Shown: in pieces, positions 31,698 through 40,687 of the stretch | Numbering within the stretch: position 1 is the first letter of the stretch | Layout: every line of letters starts with the position of its first letter | NCBI GenBank assembly: GCA_963555825.3 | Contig: CAUVXB020000002.1 | Location: forward strand, 3,040,001-3,104,000 | Reading direction: 5' to 3' | Source of the DNA: Alphaproteobacteria bacterium | Lineage (GTDB): Bacteria > Pseudomonadota > Alphaproteobacteria > JAAXGF01 | DNA length: 64,000 nt | Notes under the pieces: generated by a model | Seen by the model: the letters and a program-made list of their open reading frames with translations, nothing else | Databases searched by the model: none | Told to the model about the DNA's origin: nothing | Position numbers and translations under genes: made by a program

Positions 31698-31757
31698 GAT
31701 TTTCCATACCAGACCCACACCCGATCAGACTTTCCCGATACACGGGGTGCTCCCAAT

Positions 31758-32699
31758 TCATCCGCCGTCCCCAGCCGCCGAATACGCTTCCCCAATACGG
31801 CCCACTTCATCGCACAGCAGAGCGTGGAATGACTGGGCCAGCTTGGAAAGCGGCCGGTGCACCGGCGTCATGATCGAGGCGACCAAATGGATTGTCGGGC
31901 GGAACGGCCGGAAGACGATGCGCGGCGCGCCGCGGCTGAACAGTTTATAGCTTTCGGCGCTCATCGGATCGACCATCGCATAGGCGAGGCCGCGTTCTAT
32001 GTAGGTGAACATTGGGATGAAATACACGGTTTCGAAACGCACGTTCAGCCGCGCGCCCATTTCGGCGAAGGCAGCTTCCGTATGGGCGAAGGTGGGGTGG
32101 TCGGCGTGAAGGGTCGCCATGGGTTTGCCGTCCAGGTCGGCGGCCGTGACGCAATCCTTACCGGCCAACGGATCCCCCGCCGGCATGGCGCAGAGACACT
32201 CGAAGTCTACGACCTCATGGTCGACCAGCGGCGAGCGGTTTGCGCCAACGAAGCCCAAGTCCGCCAAACCCATGTCGTATTGCTGCACCGAGATCAACTG
32301 CTGAACCCGGATGGAACTGCGGGTGATCAGCGATACCTGCACCTGCTCGCGGCCCGCGACGAAGCGACCGATGAGGTCGGGCAACATGAACACCGAGGGG
32401 CCGGCCATGGAAGCGATTCGGATGGTGCCGCGATCGAGATCGCGGACGCTCTTGATGGTCTGCTCCGCGACATCCAGGCGGCCGATGATCTCGCCTGCCT
32501 CCTCGAACAGGTAATGGGCTTCGGGCACCGGATGCAGGCGGCCGCCGCGGCGCGCGAACAGCTTGAACCCGATATCGTCCTCGAGACCTGCGATTAGCGA
32601 GCTGATGGCCGGCTGAGTACGGTAAAGGTTCCGCGCCGCTTCCGAAACAGAGCCGGTCAGCATGACTTCCCGGAAAGCATTCAACTGTTTGAAATTCAA
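31758..32699 (-). CDS. LysR-family regulator
   Basis: LNFKQLNAFREVMLTGSVSEAA...TQPAIS HTH; TTG start after GGAG; divergent from the TRAP operon. Confidence 0.93.
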   Translation of the reverse strand: MNFKQLNAFREVMLTGSVSEAARNLYRTQPAISSLIAGLEDDIGFKLFARRGGRLHPVPEAHYLFEEAGEIIGRLDVAEQTIKSVRDLDRGTIRIASMAGPSVFMLPDLIGRFVAGREQVQVSLITRSSIRVQQLISVQQYDMGLADLGFVGANRSPLVDHEVVDFECLCAMPAGDPLAGKDCVTAADLDGKPMATLHADHPTFAHTEAAFAEMGARLNVRFETVYFIPMFTYIERGLAYAMVDPMSAESYKLFSRGAPRIVFRPFRPTIHLVASIMTPVHRPLSKLAQSFHALLCDEVGRIGEAYSAAGDGG

Positions 32700-32738
32700 T
32701 GCAATCTCCAGATTTCTCGACCATTTGGAAAGACATAG

Positions 32739-32759
32739 TATCAATTAAATCTATTGATA
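32739..32759. promoter_or_regulatory. Putative LysR operator palindrome
   Basis: TATCAAT-N7-ATTGATA in the AT-rich divergent promoter. Confidence 0.55.
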
Positions 32760-32905
32760 TAGCAATTTTAATAATTTGTTTTTATGAAATGCGTCTCCCT
32801 AACATACCTCGGTGTATTTTGCGATTCGGTCCACGCGCGCGGGAGACGGTGCGGGGATCGTATGGGGATACGCCATCAAATCATCGAACTAAGGGAGTGA
32901 CTTCC

Positions 32906-33922
32906 ATGAAATTCCATTCGAAACTCGTCGTTGCGACCCTCGCCGGCGTGCTCATGGCCGGCGCCGCGGCGCAAGCTCAAGAAATGACATTCTTCCGTAT
33001 CGGAACCGGCGGTGCCGGCGGTACCTACTTTCCGATCGGCGGATTGATCGCCAACGCCATTTCCAACCCGCCGGGTTCGGGGAAGACCTGCGAGCAGGGC
33101 GGTAGCTGCGGCGTGCCGGGCCTGATCGCCATCGCCCAATCGACCAATGCGTCGGCCCACAACGTCACCGCGATCAATTCCGGCCAGATGGAAGCCGGCC
33201 TCACCGGTGCGGCAACGCTCTATTTCGCCTATCACGGTACGGGCAAGTTCGAGGGCAAGGCGAAGCCAAACATTCGCATTATCGCCAAGCTGTATCCCGA
33301 AGACATGCACTTGGTGATGAAGAAGGGCATGAAAATAAACTCGCTAGCGGATTTGAAAGGCAAGCGAGTCGGCATTGCCCAGGCCGGTTCCGGCACCCAG
33401 ATCGCCGTCGAGATGATTCTCGGGCAACATGGCGTCAACCGTGACAACATCGACGAGGCCGAGCTCAACAACTCGCAAAGCGCCGAACGGATCGCCGATG
33501 GGCATCTGGACGCCTACTTGTATGTCGCCGGCACACCGGTCGCCGCAATGATCCAGCTCGACAACACGAAAGGCATGGAGATTTACTCTTTCTCAGATGC
33601 CGAAGTGAAGGCGGTGAACGAAATCCTGCCCTATTACGGCCAATCGACGATTCTGGCCGGCACCTATGCGGGCATCGATTACGACGTCAATACGGTCGCC
33701 GTGAACGGCATCCTGGTGACCAGTATCGATCAAGACGAAGACTTGATCTACGCCATCACCAAGGCGTTGTGGAACGACACGACCCGCAAGCTGCTCGATA
33801 CAGGCCACGCCAAGGGCAAGGTCATTCGCGTGGAAACAGCGCTTGACGGCGTCGCTGCTTTGGACGTTCCGCTCCACCCCGGTGCGGAACGGTACTACAA
33901 AGAAATTGGCATGCTGAACTAG
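32906..33922 (+). CDS. TAXI-family TRAP solute-binding protein
   Basis: FRIGTGGAGGTYFPIGG, LYPE, GSGTQ, PLHPGAERYY. Confidence 0.93.
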   Translation: MKFHSKLVVATLAGVLMAGAAAQAQEMTFFRIGTGGAGGTYFPIGGLIANAISNPPGSGKTCEQGGSCGVPGLIAIAQSTNASAHNVTAINSGQMEAGLTGAATLYFAYHGTGKFEGKAKPNIRIIAKLYPEDMHLVMKKGMKINSLADLKGKRVGIAQAGSGTQIAVEMILGQHGVNRDNIDEAELNNSQSAERIADGHLDAYLYVAGTPVAAMIQLDNTKGMEIYSFSDAEVKAVNEILPYYGQSTILAGTYAGIDYDVNTVAVNGILVTSIDQDEDLIYAITKALWNDTTRKLLDTGHAKGKVIRVETALDGVAALDVPLHPGAERYYKEIGMLN

Positions 33923-34103
33923 TTGTATCGCTCCCGAAGACTCGGCTGTCCGACTGGCGGGGCAGAGACAGTGTTCCGTCAAACCCCGCCAGTCGGTTGC
34001 CTCTCGACTCGGGAGATTGTCGTTTTCGCGTCGCGGAAGCGTAAATCCATCACTCGTGGCGGCATCAGGTGACCGTCGGGTAGGGGACCAAGGGGGAATT
34101 GCA

Positions 34104-36341
34104 ATGGTCGAGCAACCGACCGGCACACTCGACATCGAAGCGACCGAGGCGCTTGAGAAACAATACGACTCGTCCCTCGTCACCCGCGACAATGGCCCGG
34201 CGTTGGCGCGGGTGCTCTATTACGTCGCCATCGCCTTCGCCTTCTATCATATATATACCGCGGGCTTCGGGACGCCGGTCGACCACCAGCACATGGGAAT
34301 CCACCTCGCCGGCCTGTTCATCATGATCTTTCTCGGATTTCCGCTGATGCGCACCCAGAGCGCGCTCGAATTCCAGGAAAACACGTGGTGGCGCTGGGGC
34401 AATGTTCCGGTTTACGACTGGGTGTGCGCCGCCGTCGGCGTCGCGGCGGCGCTTTTCCTGGCGCTGTCGTGGACGGGACTGACCGCCTTCGGCCTGGATG
34501 TATCCGAGCAGGCATTGCGCCAGGGCGATCCCCATTGGCTCGACCTCATCTTCGGCACGGCGCTCATCGTGCTGGTGCTCGAGATCACGCGCCGGGCGCT
34601 GGGTTTCGTGCTGCCGATGATCATCATTGCGTTTATTCTTTACGCATTGCTCGGTCCGTATATGCCGCTTCAGATTCTGAAGCATCCAGGCGTCGACTGG
34701 CGGCAGTTCATCAACAACATGTACTTCCCGGCGGAAGGTATCTTCGGGGTGACGCTGTGGGTCGTCTCCACGGTCGTCTTCCATTTCGTGTTGTTCGGCA
34801 TCGTTGCCCAGCGCATGGGATTGGGCCGGTTCTTCATCGACAACGCCATGGTCGTGGCCGGAAAGTACACCGGCGGCCCGGCCAAGGTGAGCGTGGTGTC
34901 GTCGGCGTTCTTCGGCACCATCTCCGGTTCGTCGATCGCCAACACGGTCTCCACCGGCTCGCTGACGATTCCCAACATGAAGCGCCTCGGCTATCCCGGT
35001 CACTTCGCCGCCGGCGTCGAGGCCGCGTCCAGCGCCGGCGGCCAGATTACGCCGCCGATCATGGGCGCCGCCTCGTTTCTGATGGCCGAGTTCCTTGAGG
35101 TTCCTTACACGACCATCGTCATCGCGGCGATTGTGCCGGCGTCCATGCACTACATCGGCGTTCTTTCGATCGTCCATTTCACGGCGAAGCGGCTTGGCCT
35201 AAAGGGCTATGCCAAGGACCAGCTGCCCAAGTTCCTCCAGATCTGGCGGGAGCGTTGGTATACGGTCATGCCGCTGGCGGCGCTTCTGATCACGCTGTTC
35301 ACCGGTTATTCGCCGAACATGGCCGCCTTCATGGGGTTGACTTTCTGCATCGTCGTCGGCTTTTCGTCGTTCCAGAAGCCCGCGACGATGATCCTTCCGG
35401 CCGCCCTGATGGCCTACATCCTGTGGCGGGTGTCGATCGACGCCTTCTCGCCCGTTATGGGCGGCGTTCTTGGCGGATTGCTAATCCTCAGTCTCATGCA
35501 CAAGGGCCAACGCCACAGTATGAAAGAGCTGTTCGACAGTTTCCATGTCGGCGTTGGATACGCCCTGGCCGTTGGCGCCGCCTGCGCCGCCGTCGGCATC
35601 GTGGTCGGCGTCATCAACACCACGGGCATCGCATTCCGCCTCGGCTTCATGGTCACCACCGGCGCCCGCGACATGGCCGAGATGTTCTACTCGGTAATCG
35701 GCTGGATTCCGCTCGACGTATTCTCGCAGGCCTCCATGCAACAGTTCCTGTCGCTGGTCTTTATCGCCATCGCGTGCATCCTGATGGGCGCCGGCCTGCC
35801 GACGACGGCGCTCTATATCATGCTGGTTTCCGTCGCCCAACCGGCGCTGGCGCAATTGGGCGTGCCGGTGCTGGCGACGCATATGTTCGTACTTTACTAC
35901 GGTGTGATATCGGAGATCACGCCGCCGGTCTGCGCCTCGGCCTACGCGGCGGCGGGCATCGCCGGAGCGAATCCGTTCAAAACCGGCTGCACCGCTTTCA
36001 CGCTCGGCGTCGGAAAGCTGATGGTGCCCATGGTCTTCGTCTACGCGCCGACCATGCTGATCGTGCTTCCGGAACACTTCACCTTGGTGTCCTTTCTCCA
36101 TGTTTCCCTGACCTGCGCGCTTGGTATTTTCGCCATCGCGACGGCGGTTTCAGGCTACTTCCTGGCGCCGTTGAACGGGATGTGGCGGGCGGTCATGGCT
36201 ATCTCGGGCCTGCTGATGGTCGCCCCCGGATGGGGAAGCGACCTCACAGCGCTCGTCGTTGCGGCGCCAGTGATCTTCATGCAGGTGACGGCACAACGCC
36301 TCGAAGCGACTTCCGGCTCGGCAAGCGTTGATGGCGATTAG
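34104..36341 (+). CDS. TRAP fused 4TM/12TM permease (TAXI type)
   Basis: GGPAKVSVVSS.FFGTISGS, GGQITPPIMGA, GAGLPTT, ITPPV. Confidence 0.95.
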   Translation: MVEQPTGTLDIEATEALEKQYDSSLVTRDNGPALARVLYYVAIAFAFYHIYTAGFGTPVDHQHMGIHLAGLFIMIFLGFPLMRTQSALEFQENTWWRWGNVPVYDWVCAAVGVAAALFLALSWTGLTAFGLDVSEQALRQGDPHWLDLIFGTALIVLVLEITRRALGFVLPMIIIAFILYALLGPYMPLQILKHPGVDWRQFINNMYFPAEGIFGVTLWVVSTVVFHFVLFGIVAQRMGLGRFFIDNAMVVAGKYTGGPAKVSVVSSAFFGTISGSSIANTVSTGSLTIPNMKRLGYPGHFAAGVEAASSAGGQITPPIMGAASFLMAEFLEVPYTTIVIAAIVPASMHYIGVLSIVHFTAKRLGLKGYAKDQLPKFLQIWRERWYTVMPLAALLITLFTGYSPNMAAFMGLTFCIVVGFSSFQKPATMILPAALMAYILWRVSIDAFSPVMGGVLGGLLILSLMHKGQRHSMKELFDSFHVGVGYALAVGAACAAVGIVVGVINTTGIAFRLGFMVTTGARDMAEMFYSVIGWIPLDVFSQASMQQFLSLVFIAIACILMGAGLPTTALYIMLVSVAQPALAQLGVPVLATHMFVLYYGVISEITPPVCASAYAAAGIAGANPFKTGCTAFTLGVGKLMVPMVFVYAPTMLIVLPEHFTLVSFLHVSLTCALGIFAIATAVSGYFLAPLNGMWRAVMAISGLLMVAPGWGSDLTALVVAAPVIFMQVTAQRLEATSGSASVDGD

Positions 36342-36359
36342 CGCGGAAGGATAGCAAGC

Positions 36360-36803
36360 ATGTTCAAGAATATTCTCGTCGCCGTCGATCTGGAAGACGA
36401 CACACACATCGACGATCTGCTGAGCGTTGCCTCGGGCATCGCCAATGCCCAAGGCGCCAAGCTGCACCTGTTGCATGTCATCGGCGCCGCGCCCGCCGTG
36501 GTTTCGCAGTTCCTCCCCGAGAGTTACGAATCGATGGCTTCCGAGAAGATCGAGAAGGACCTCACCGCCTTGGCGGCGAGGGTCGATCTGGCCGAAGGCG
36601 CCGCCGCCGTGTCTGTCCGATTCGGCGACGTCTATCAGGAAATCCTGGCCCACGCCGCCAACATCGGCGCCGACCTCATCATCGTCGCATCCCACAAGCC
36701 GAATGTCGGTGACTATCTGCTGGGAACCACCGCCGCCCGCGTCGTCCATCATGCCGCCTGCTCGGTGTTTGTCGTCCGGCGAGACGAAGTCACGGACAGA
36801 TGA
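36360..36803 (+). CDS. Universal stress protein (UspA family)
   Basis: MFKNILVAVD, ADLIIVASH, LLGTTAARVV. Confidence 0.92.
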   Translation: MFKNILVAVDLEDDTHIDDLLSVASGIANAQGAKLHLLHVIGAAPAVVSQFLPESYESMASEKIEKDLTALAARVDLAEGAAAVSVRFGDVYQEILAHAANIGADLIIVASHKPNVGDYLLGTTAARVVHHAACSVFVVRRDEVTDR

Positions 36804-36885
36804 CCACCTGGACCGCCGCGACCCTGGCCGAGTGGGCCCTCGCGCTTGACACCGACGACCTGCCCGACGCCGTCATCGTCAAGGC
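36800..36885 (+). pseudogene. Truncated 5' copy of the MmgE/PrpD gene
   Basis: MTTWTAATLAEWAL...DLPDAVIVKA; 36784-36885 repeats at 37397-37498 with 13 mismatches in 102 nt. Confidence 0.75.
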
Positions 36886-36996
36886 TGCGTCGGCGTCGAT
36901 GTCCGACATAGACGACGGACAGCCGATACGGGTGTGGTGTGACCGGGGGCGCAACCGACCATTGACACAGGGTCCCGACGAATTTGAGAGAGCAGG

Positions 36997-37392
36997 ATGA
37001 CAAACAGGATGACGATGGCCTTGATGGCGGCGGCGCTCATCCTAGCGATGCAAGGACACCCCCGCGCCCAATCCCCGGACTGCCCCTGTGGCAATCCAGC
37101 CGACCTCGTGCCCCTCGCCAAGTGGCCGACTGACGTTGCCGATTGTTCCGCCGACCCGACCCGCACGGCGCTGTATGGTTTCTCGTTCGAGGGGGGGATC
37201 GTATCGGTTTCTTCGACGGTATACGGGAGGGACTGCCAGTACGTGGTGGATGCCATCGGCCTCGACATCCAAGAGCGGCCGATGTCTCGGCCCCAGGTCG
37301 ATGCCTGCTCGGGCTTGATCCTCGGCTACGCCCAGGCGCTGAAGGACGCGGGTCGAGTCGCCGTGGGCGATTTTGGGTGCAATCTCCGGTGA
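36997..37392 (+). CDS. Small exported Cys-rich hypothetical protein
   Basis: Signal peptide ending HPRA-QS, six Cys, purine-rich RBS, upstream TTGACA. Confidence 0.65.
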   Translation: MTNRMTMALMAAALILAMQGHPRAQSPDCPCGNPADLVPLAKWPTDVADCSADPTRTALYGFSFEGGIVSVSSTVYGRDCQYVVDAIGLDIQERPMSRPQVDACSGLILGYAQALKDAGRVAVGDFGCNLR

Positions 37393-37412
37393 CAGCACGA
37401 AGTCACGGATGG

Positions 37413-38786
37413 ATGACCCCTTGGACTGCCGCGACCCTGGCCGAGTGGACCCTCGAGTTCGACGCTGGCGACCTGCCCGACGCCGTCATCGCCAAGGCCG
37501 AGGACTGCCTGATCGACGCGCTCGCCTGCGCCCTGGCCGGCCGCGACGCCGAGGGCACGGCGCGTATCATGGCGGTCGCCTCGGCGCAGTATCGTGACGG
37601 GCCCGCCGACGTCTGGTTCGGTGCCGACCGCTTGCACCCGACCGGGGCGGCCTTCGTCAATTCCGCCGCCGTCTCGATCCTCGACCTGGACGACGGCCAT
37701 CGCGGCCCGCTCGGCCACCCGGGGGCGGCGGTCATTCCATCGGCCCTGGCCGTGGCGCAGGAAACCAACGCGGACGGGCCGGCGTTGCTGGCAGCCGTCG
37801 TCGCCGGCTACGAGGTCAGCACCCGCATCGGCGCATCGGAATGGCGGCCCGCCTATCATACGGGCAACTGGAGCGGCTTCGGCGCGGCGACGGCGGCGGC
37901 CCGGCTGCGCGGCCTGAGCGCCGAGCAACTCACCCACGCCCTCGCCATCACCGCCTACCATGGGCCACGCATCGCCGACCTGACGCTGAGCTCGGACATG
38001 GGCGCCAACGTCAAGGAATCCATCCCCTGGTCGGTGGTCACCGGCCTCAACGCCGCCGACCTGGCCGCGCAAGGATTTACGGGGTGTCGCGACGCCCTGG
38101 ATATTAACGAACGGTTTGAACCGGGTCGCGCTACGGCGGACCTGGGCGGCGGCTTCCAGATCATGAACACTTATTTCAAGCGCTACTCGGCCTGCCGTTG
38201 GATTCACGGCGCCGTCGAAGCCCTGCTGCAGATCATGGCGGAACATGGTCTGGCGGCCGAACACATCGATAGCATCCACGTCGAAACCTTCCGCCAGGCC
38301 GCCGACCTCGACAATCTGGCCGACCCGCCGTCTCCGGAAAGCGCCCAATACAGCCTGCCCTATTGCCTCGGCATCGCCGCGACCAAGGGCGACAACGCCC
38401 TGTTGCCCATGGCGGCGGACGATCTTCACAATCCGGCGACGGTGGCGTTCGCCAACAAGGTGACGGTCACGTGCCACGACGCATTGGCCGCCGATTTCCC
38501 GCTGACTTTGCCCGCCCGGGTCATCGTCGGCAGCCAATCGGAAATTTTCGAAGCCCGGGTCGACCTGCCCTGGGGCGAGCCGGGCGGGCCGACGCGCCGC
38601 GCCGACCTGGTCGCCAAGTTCCAGGCCCTGGCCGCGCAACGGATGTGCGAACACCGGGCCACTGCCATTATCGCCGCCGTGGAAAATCTGAAAAACGGTC
38701 CCCTCGATCCTCTGCTTGATGTGCTTTCCGATCCCGCCGGCAATGACATCGTGGCGTTGGAAGCAAGCCGTCATACCATCGGCTGA
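37413..38786 (+). CDS. MmgE/PrpD-family protein
   Basis: LDLDDGH, HPGAAVIP, GYEV, YFKRYSACRWIH, AQYSLPY. Confidence 0.92.
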   Translation: MTPWTAATLAEWTLEFDAGDLPDAVIAKAEDCLIDALACALAGRDAEGTARIMAVASAQYRDGPADVWFGADRLHPTGAAFVNSAAVSILDLDDGHRGPLGHPGAAVIPSALAVAQETNADGPALLAAVVAGYEVSTRIGASEWRPAYHTGNWSGFGAATAAARLRGLSAEQLTHALAITAYHGPRIADLTLSSDMGANVKESIPWSVVTGLNAADLAAQGFTGCRDALDINERFEPGRATADLGGGFQIMNTYFKRYSACRWIHGAVEALLQIMAEHGLAAEHIDSIHVETFRQAADLDNLADPPSPESAQYSLPYCLGIAATKGDNALLPMAADDLHNPATVAFANKVTVTCHDALAADFPLTLPARVIVGSQSEIFEARVDLPWGEPGGPTRRADLVAKFQALAAQRMCEHRATAIIAAVENLKNGPLDPLLDVLSDPAGNDIVALEASRHTIG

Positions 38787-39058
38787 CAACACCATCGTTT
38801 TCGACCTCACAATTCGCTGCATTCGGATTCCGGCGCCGTGTTATAGGGCGATTGATTGAGCCTAACAACGCGACTGCGGCGTTGGATCTTGGCTACGCCC
38901 GGACTCGACGGCGGCGCCAAGACGATGACCGCTCTCGGACGATTGGCCGACATTTGAGTCCGTCGCTTGCTTTCAAGCCATATCAAATTTCAAACTGAGA
39001 CACGACCCGTCGGCGGCGGTGCTGGCGCCGGGCGACCGCCATGGTGTATAGCGGCGCG

Positions 39059-40324
39059 ATGACCACGCAAACCACACGGGCGGCGGCGCCATCGTCGATC
39101 GCCGTCATCGGCGCCGGCATCGTCGGCATGTGCTGTGCGCGCTGGCTGCAGCGCGACGGCCACCGGGTGACCGTCTTCGATCCGGTCGCGCCCGGCGGAT
39201 CATGCTCGTTCGGCAACGCGGGGATCATCAGTACGACCTCGGTGCTGCCCTTCGCGCTGCCCGGCACGCTGAGCAAACTGCCGGGCTGGCTGGCCGACCC
39301 GCTCGGCCCGCTGACCATTCGTTGGCGCCATCTGCCACGGCTGGCGCCATGGTTCCTGCGTCTCGCCGCCAACACCCGGCGATCCCGCGTCGAGGCCATC
39401 GCTGATGCGCTCAAGGCGCTCAACGCGCCGACGCTGGAGGCCTATCGCGAGCTGTTGGGTTCCGCGGATTTTTCCGACCTGGTGCGCCAGGACGGCATCC
39501 TCTACGCCTATCGCGACGCGGCCGAGCTCGCCGACGCCGAGGTGGCGTGGCAGATGCGCCGCGCGCGCGGCGTACGATTCGAAAAACTCGGCCCCGATCA
39601 GATGCGTCAGATGGAACCCGCGTTGAGCCCCGAGTTCACCCGAGGCGTCTTCCTCGAAAATTCGGCCCATGTCGTCTCCCCGGTGCGCGTCGTCGAGACG
39701 CTGGCCGAACGCTTCCTCGCCGACGGTGGCGAGATCGTCGCCCAGCGCATCGACGACGTCGACATCGGCCCGGACGGGCCGCGCGCCGTCCGCTCGGCGG
39801 CGGGCGAGCATCCGATCGACGGTCTGGTCGTCGCCGCCGGCGCCTGGTCGCACCGATTGAGCAGACGTCTCGGCAGCCGCGTGCCGCTCGAGGCCGAGCG
39901 GGGCTACCACGTGACGATTGCGGACCCGGGCGCGGGACCGCGCCGACCGGTCGGCCTGCCCGGCGCCGGGATCATCGCGACGCCGATGGAGATGGGCTTG
40001 CGGGCCGCCGGCACCGACGAGTTCGCGACCGTCGACGCGCCGCCCGACTATCGGCGCGCCAAGGTGATCCTCGGACACGTCAAGAAGATGTTCCCAGCGA
40101 TCAACTCCGGCGCGGCGACCGAGTGGATGGGCTGCCGCCCGTCGCTGCCCGACTCGCTACCGGTGATCGGCCGCTCGCCGCACTTCGCCAATGTGCATTA
40201 CGCCTTCGGCCACGGCCATCTGGGGCTGACCGAAGGATCGATCTCGGGCAAGCTGGTTGCCGAGATGATCGCCGGCCGGCCGACCAGCATCGATACCGCG
40301 CCGTACCGGATCGACCGCTTCTAG
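39059..40324 (+). CDS. FAD-dependent D-amino-acid dehydrogenase family protein
   Basis: VIGAGIVG, SFGNAG, ERGYH, WMGCRPSLPDSLPVIG, GHGHLGLT. Confidence 0.9.
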   Translation: MTTQTTRAAAPSSIAVIGAGIVGMCCARWLQRDGHRVTVFDPVAPGGSCSFGNAGIISTTSVLPFALPGTLSKLPGWLADPLGPLTIRWRHLPRLAPWFLRLAANTRRSRVEAIADALKALNAPTLEAYRELLGSADFSDLVRQDGILYAYRDAAELADAEVAWQMRRARGVRFEKLGPDQMRQMEPALSPEFTRGVFLENSAHVVSPVRVVETLAERFLADGGEIVAQRIDDVDIGPDGPRAVRSAAGEHPIDGLVVAAGAWSHRLSRRLGSRVPLEAERGYHVTIADPGAGPRRPVGLPGAGIIATPMEMGLRAAGTDEFATVDAPPDYRRAKVILGHVKKMFPAINSGAATEWMGCRPSLPDSLPVIGRSPHFANVHYAFGHGHLGLTEGSISGKLVAEMIAGRPTSIDTAPYRIDRF

Positions 40325-40389
40325 ATTTTTCGGGACGATTGGCCCCGGTGGAGGCACCGCCTCCGCCGGGCTGTTCGATTGAAGACGCT

Positions 40390-40566
40390 TTAACGCGTGC
40401 TGCGGTCGTAGCCGAGGTCGCGCAGCGTGCCGCGATCGAGGCCGCTCGCGTTGTTGCCGCGGGAGCCAGCCGAGATCAGCCGCGCCACATCGAAGCTGTT
40501 CAGGCCGTCGACGCCGCTCGGGCCGTGCGGGACGGTGCGGTCGATGAAGCGATCGAAATTCGTCAT
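40390..40566 (-). CDS. DUF1127-like small protein (58 aa, not in ORF track)
   Basis: SD GAGGAG then MTNFDRF...SGLDRGTLRDLGYDRSTR; the C-terminus resembles the DUF1127 L-D-x-x-L-x-D-I-G motif; divergent from LysR. Confidence 0.65.
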   Translation of the reverse strand: MTNFDRFIDRTVPHGPSGVDGLNSFDVARLISAGSRGNNASGLDRGTLRDLGYDRSTR

Positions 40567-40628
40567 GGCTGGGTACTCCTCATTACCAGGGTTGTTTTCT
40601 ACCCAAGCATATCGGGGTGACCTTCACA

Positions 40629-40672
40629 TGAATCAAATTCGAAATTTTCAAATATAATATGAATGTACTTCA
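40629..40672. promoter_or_regulatory. LysR boxes (TGAA-N5-TTCA, MetR-box-like)
   Basis: TGAATGTACTTCA at 40660-40672 and TGAATCAAATTCG at 40629-40641. Confidence 0.55.
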
Positions 40673-40687
40673 CGATATAGTAAGCCC

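Larger units (their letters stand above)
30069..31722 (-). mobile_element. Insertion sequence copy 1 (ISKra4/ISLre2-like Mutator-type), 1654 bp
   Basis: Imperfect TIRs GGGTGTGGGTCTGGTATGG / GGGTGCGAGTCTCGCATGG; 8-bp TSD GATCAGAC at 30061-30068 and 31723-31730. Confidence 0.93.

Noticed and set aside
40325-40389. Cuckoo-type sRNA downstream of the DUF1127-like gene
   Set aside because: No repeated CCUCCUCCC loops; only one terminator-like hairpin
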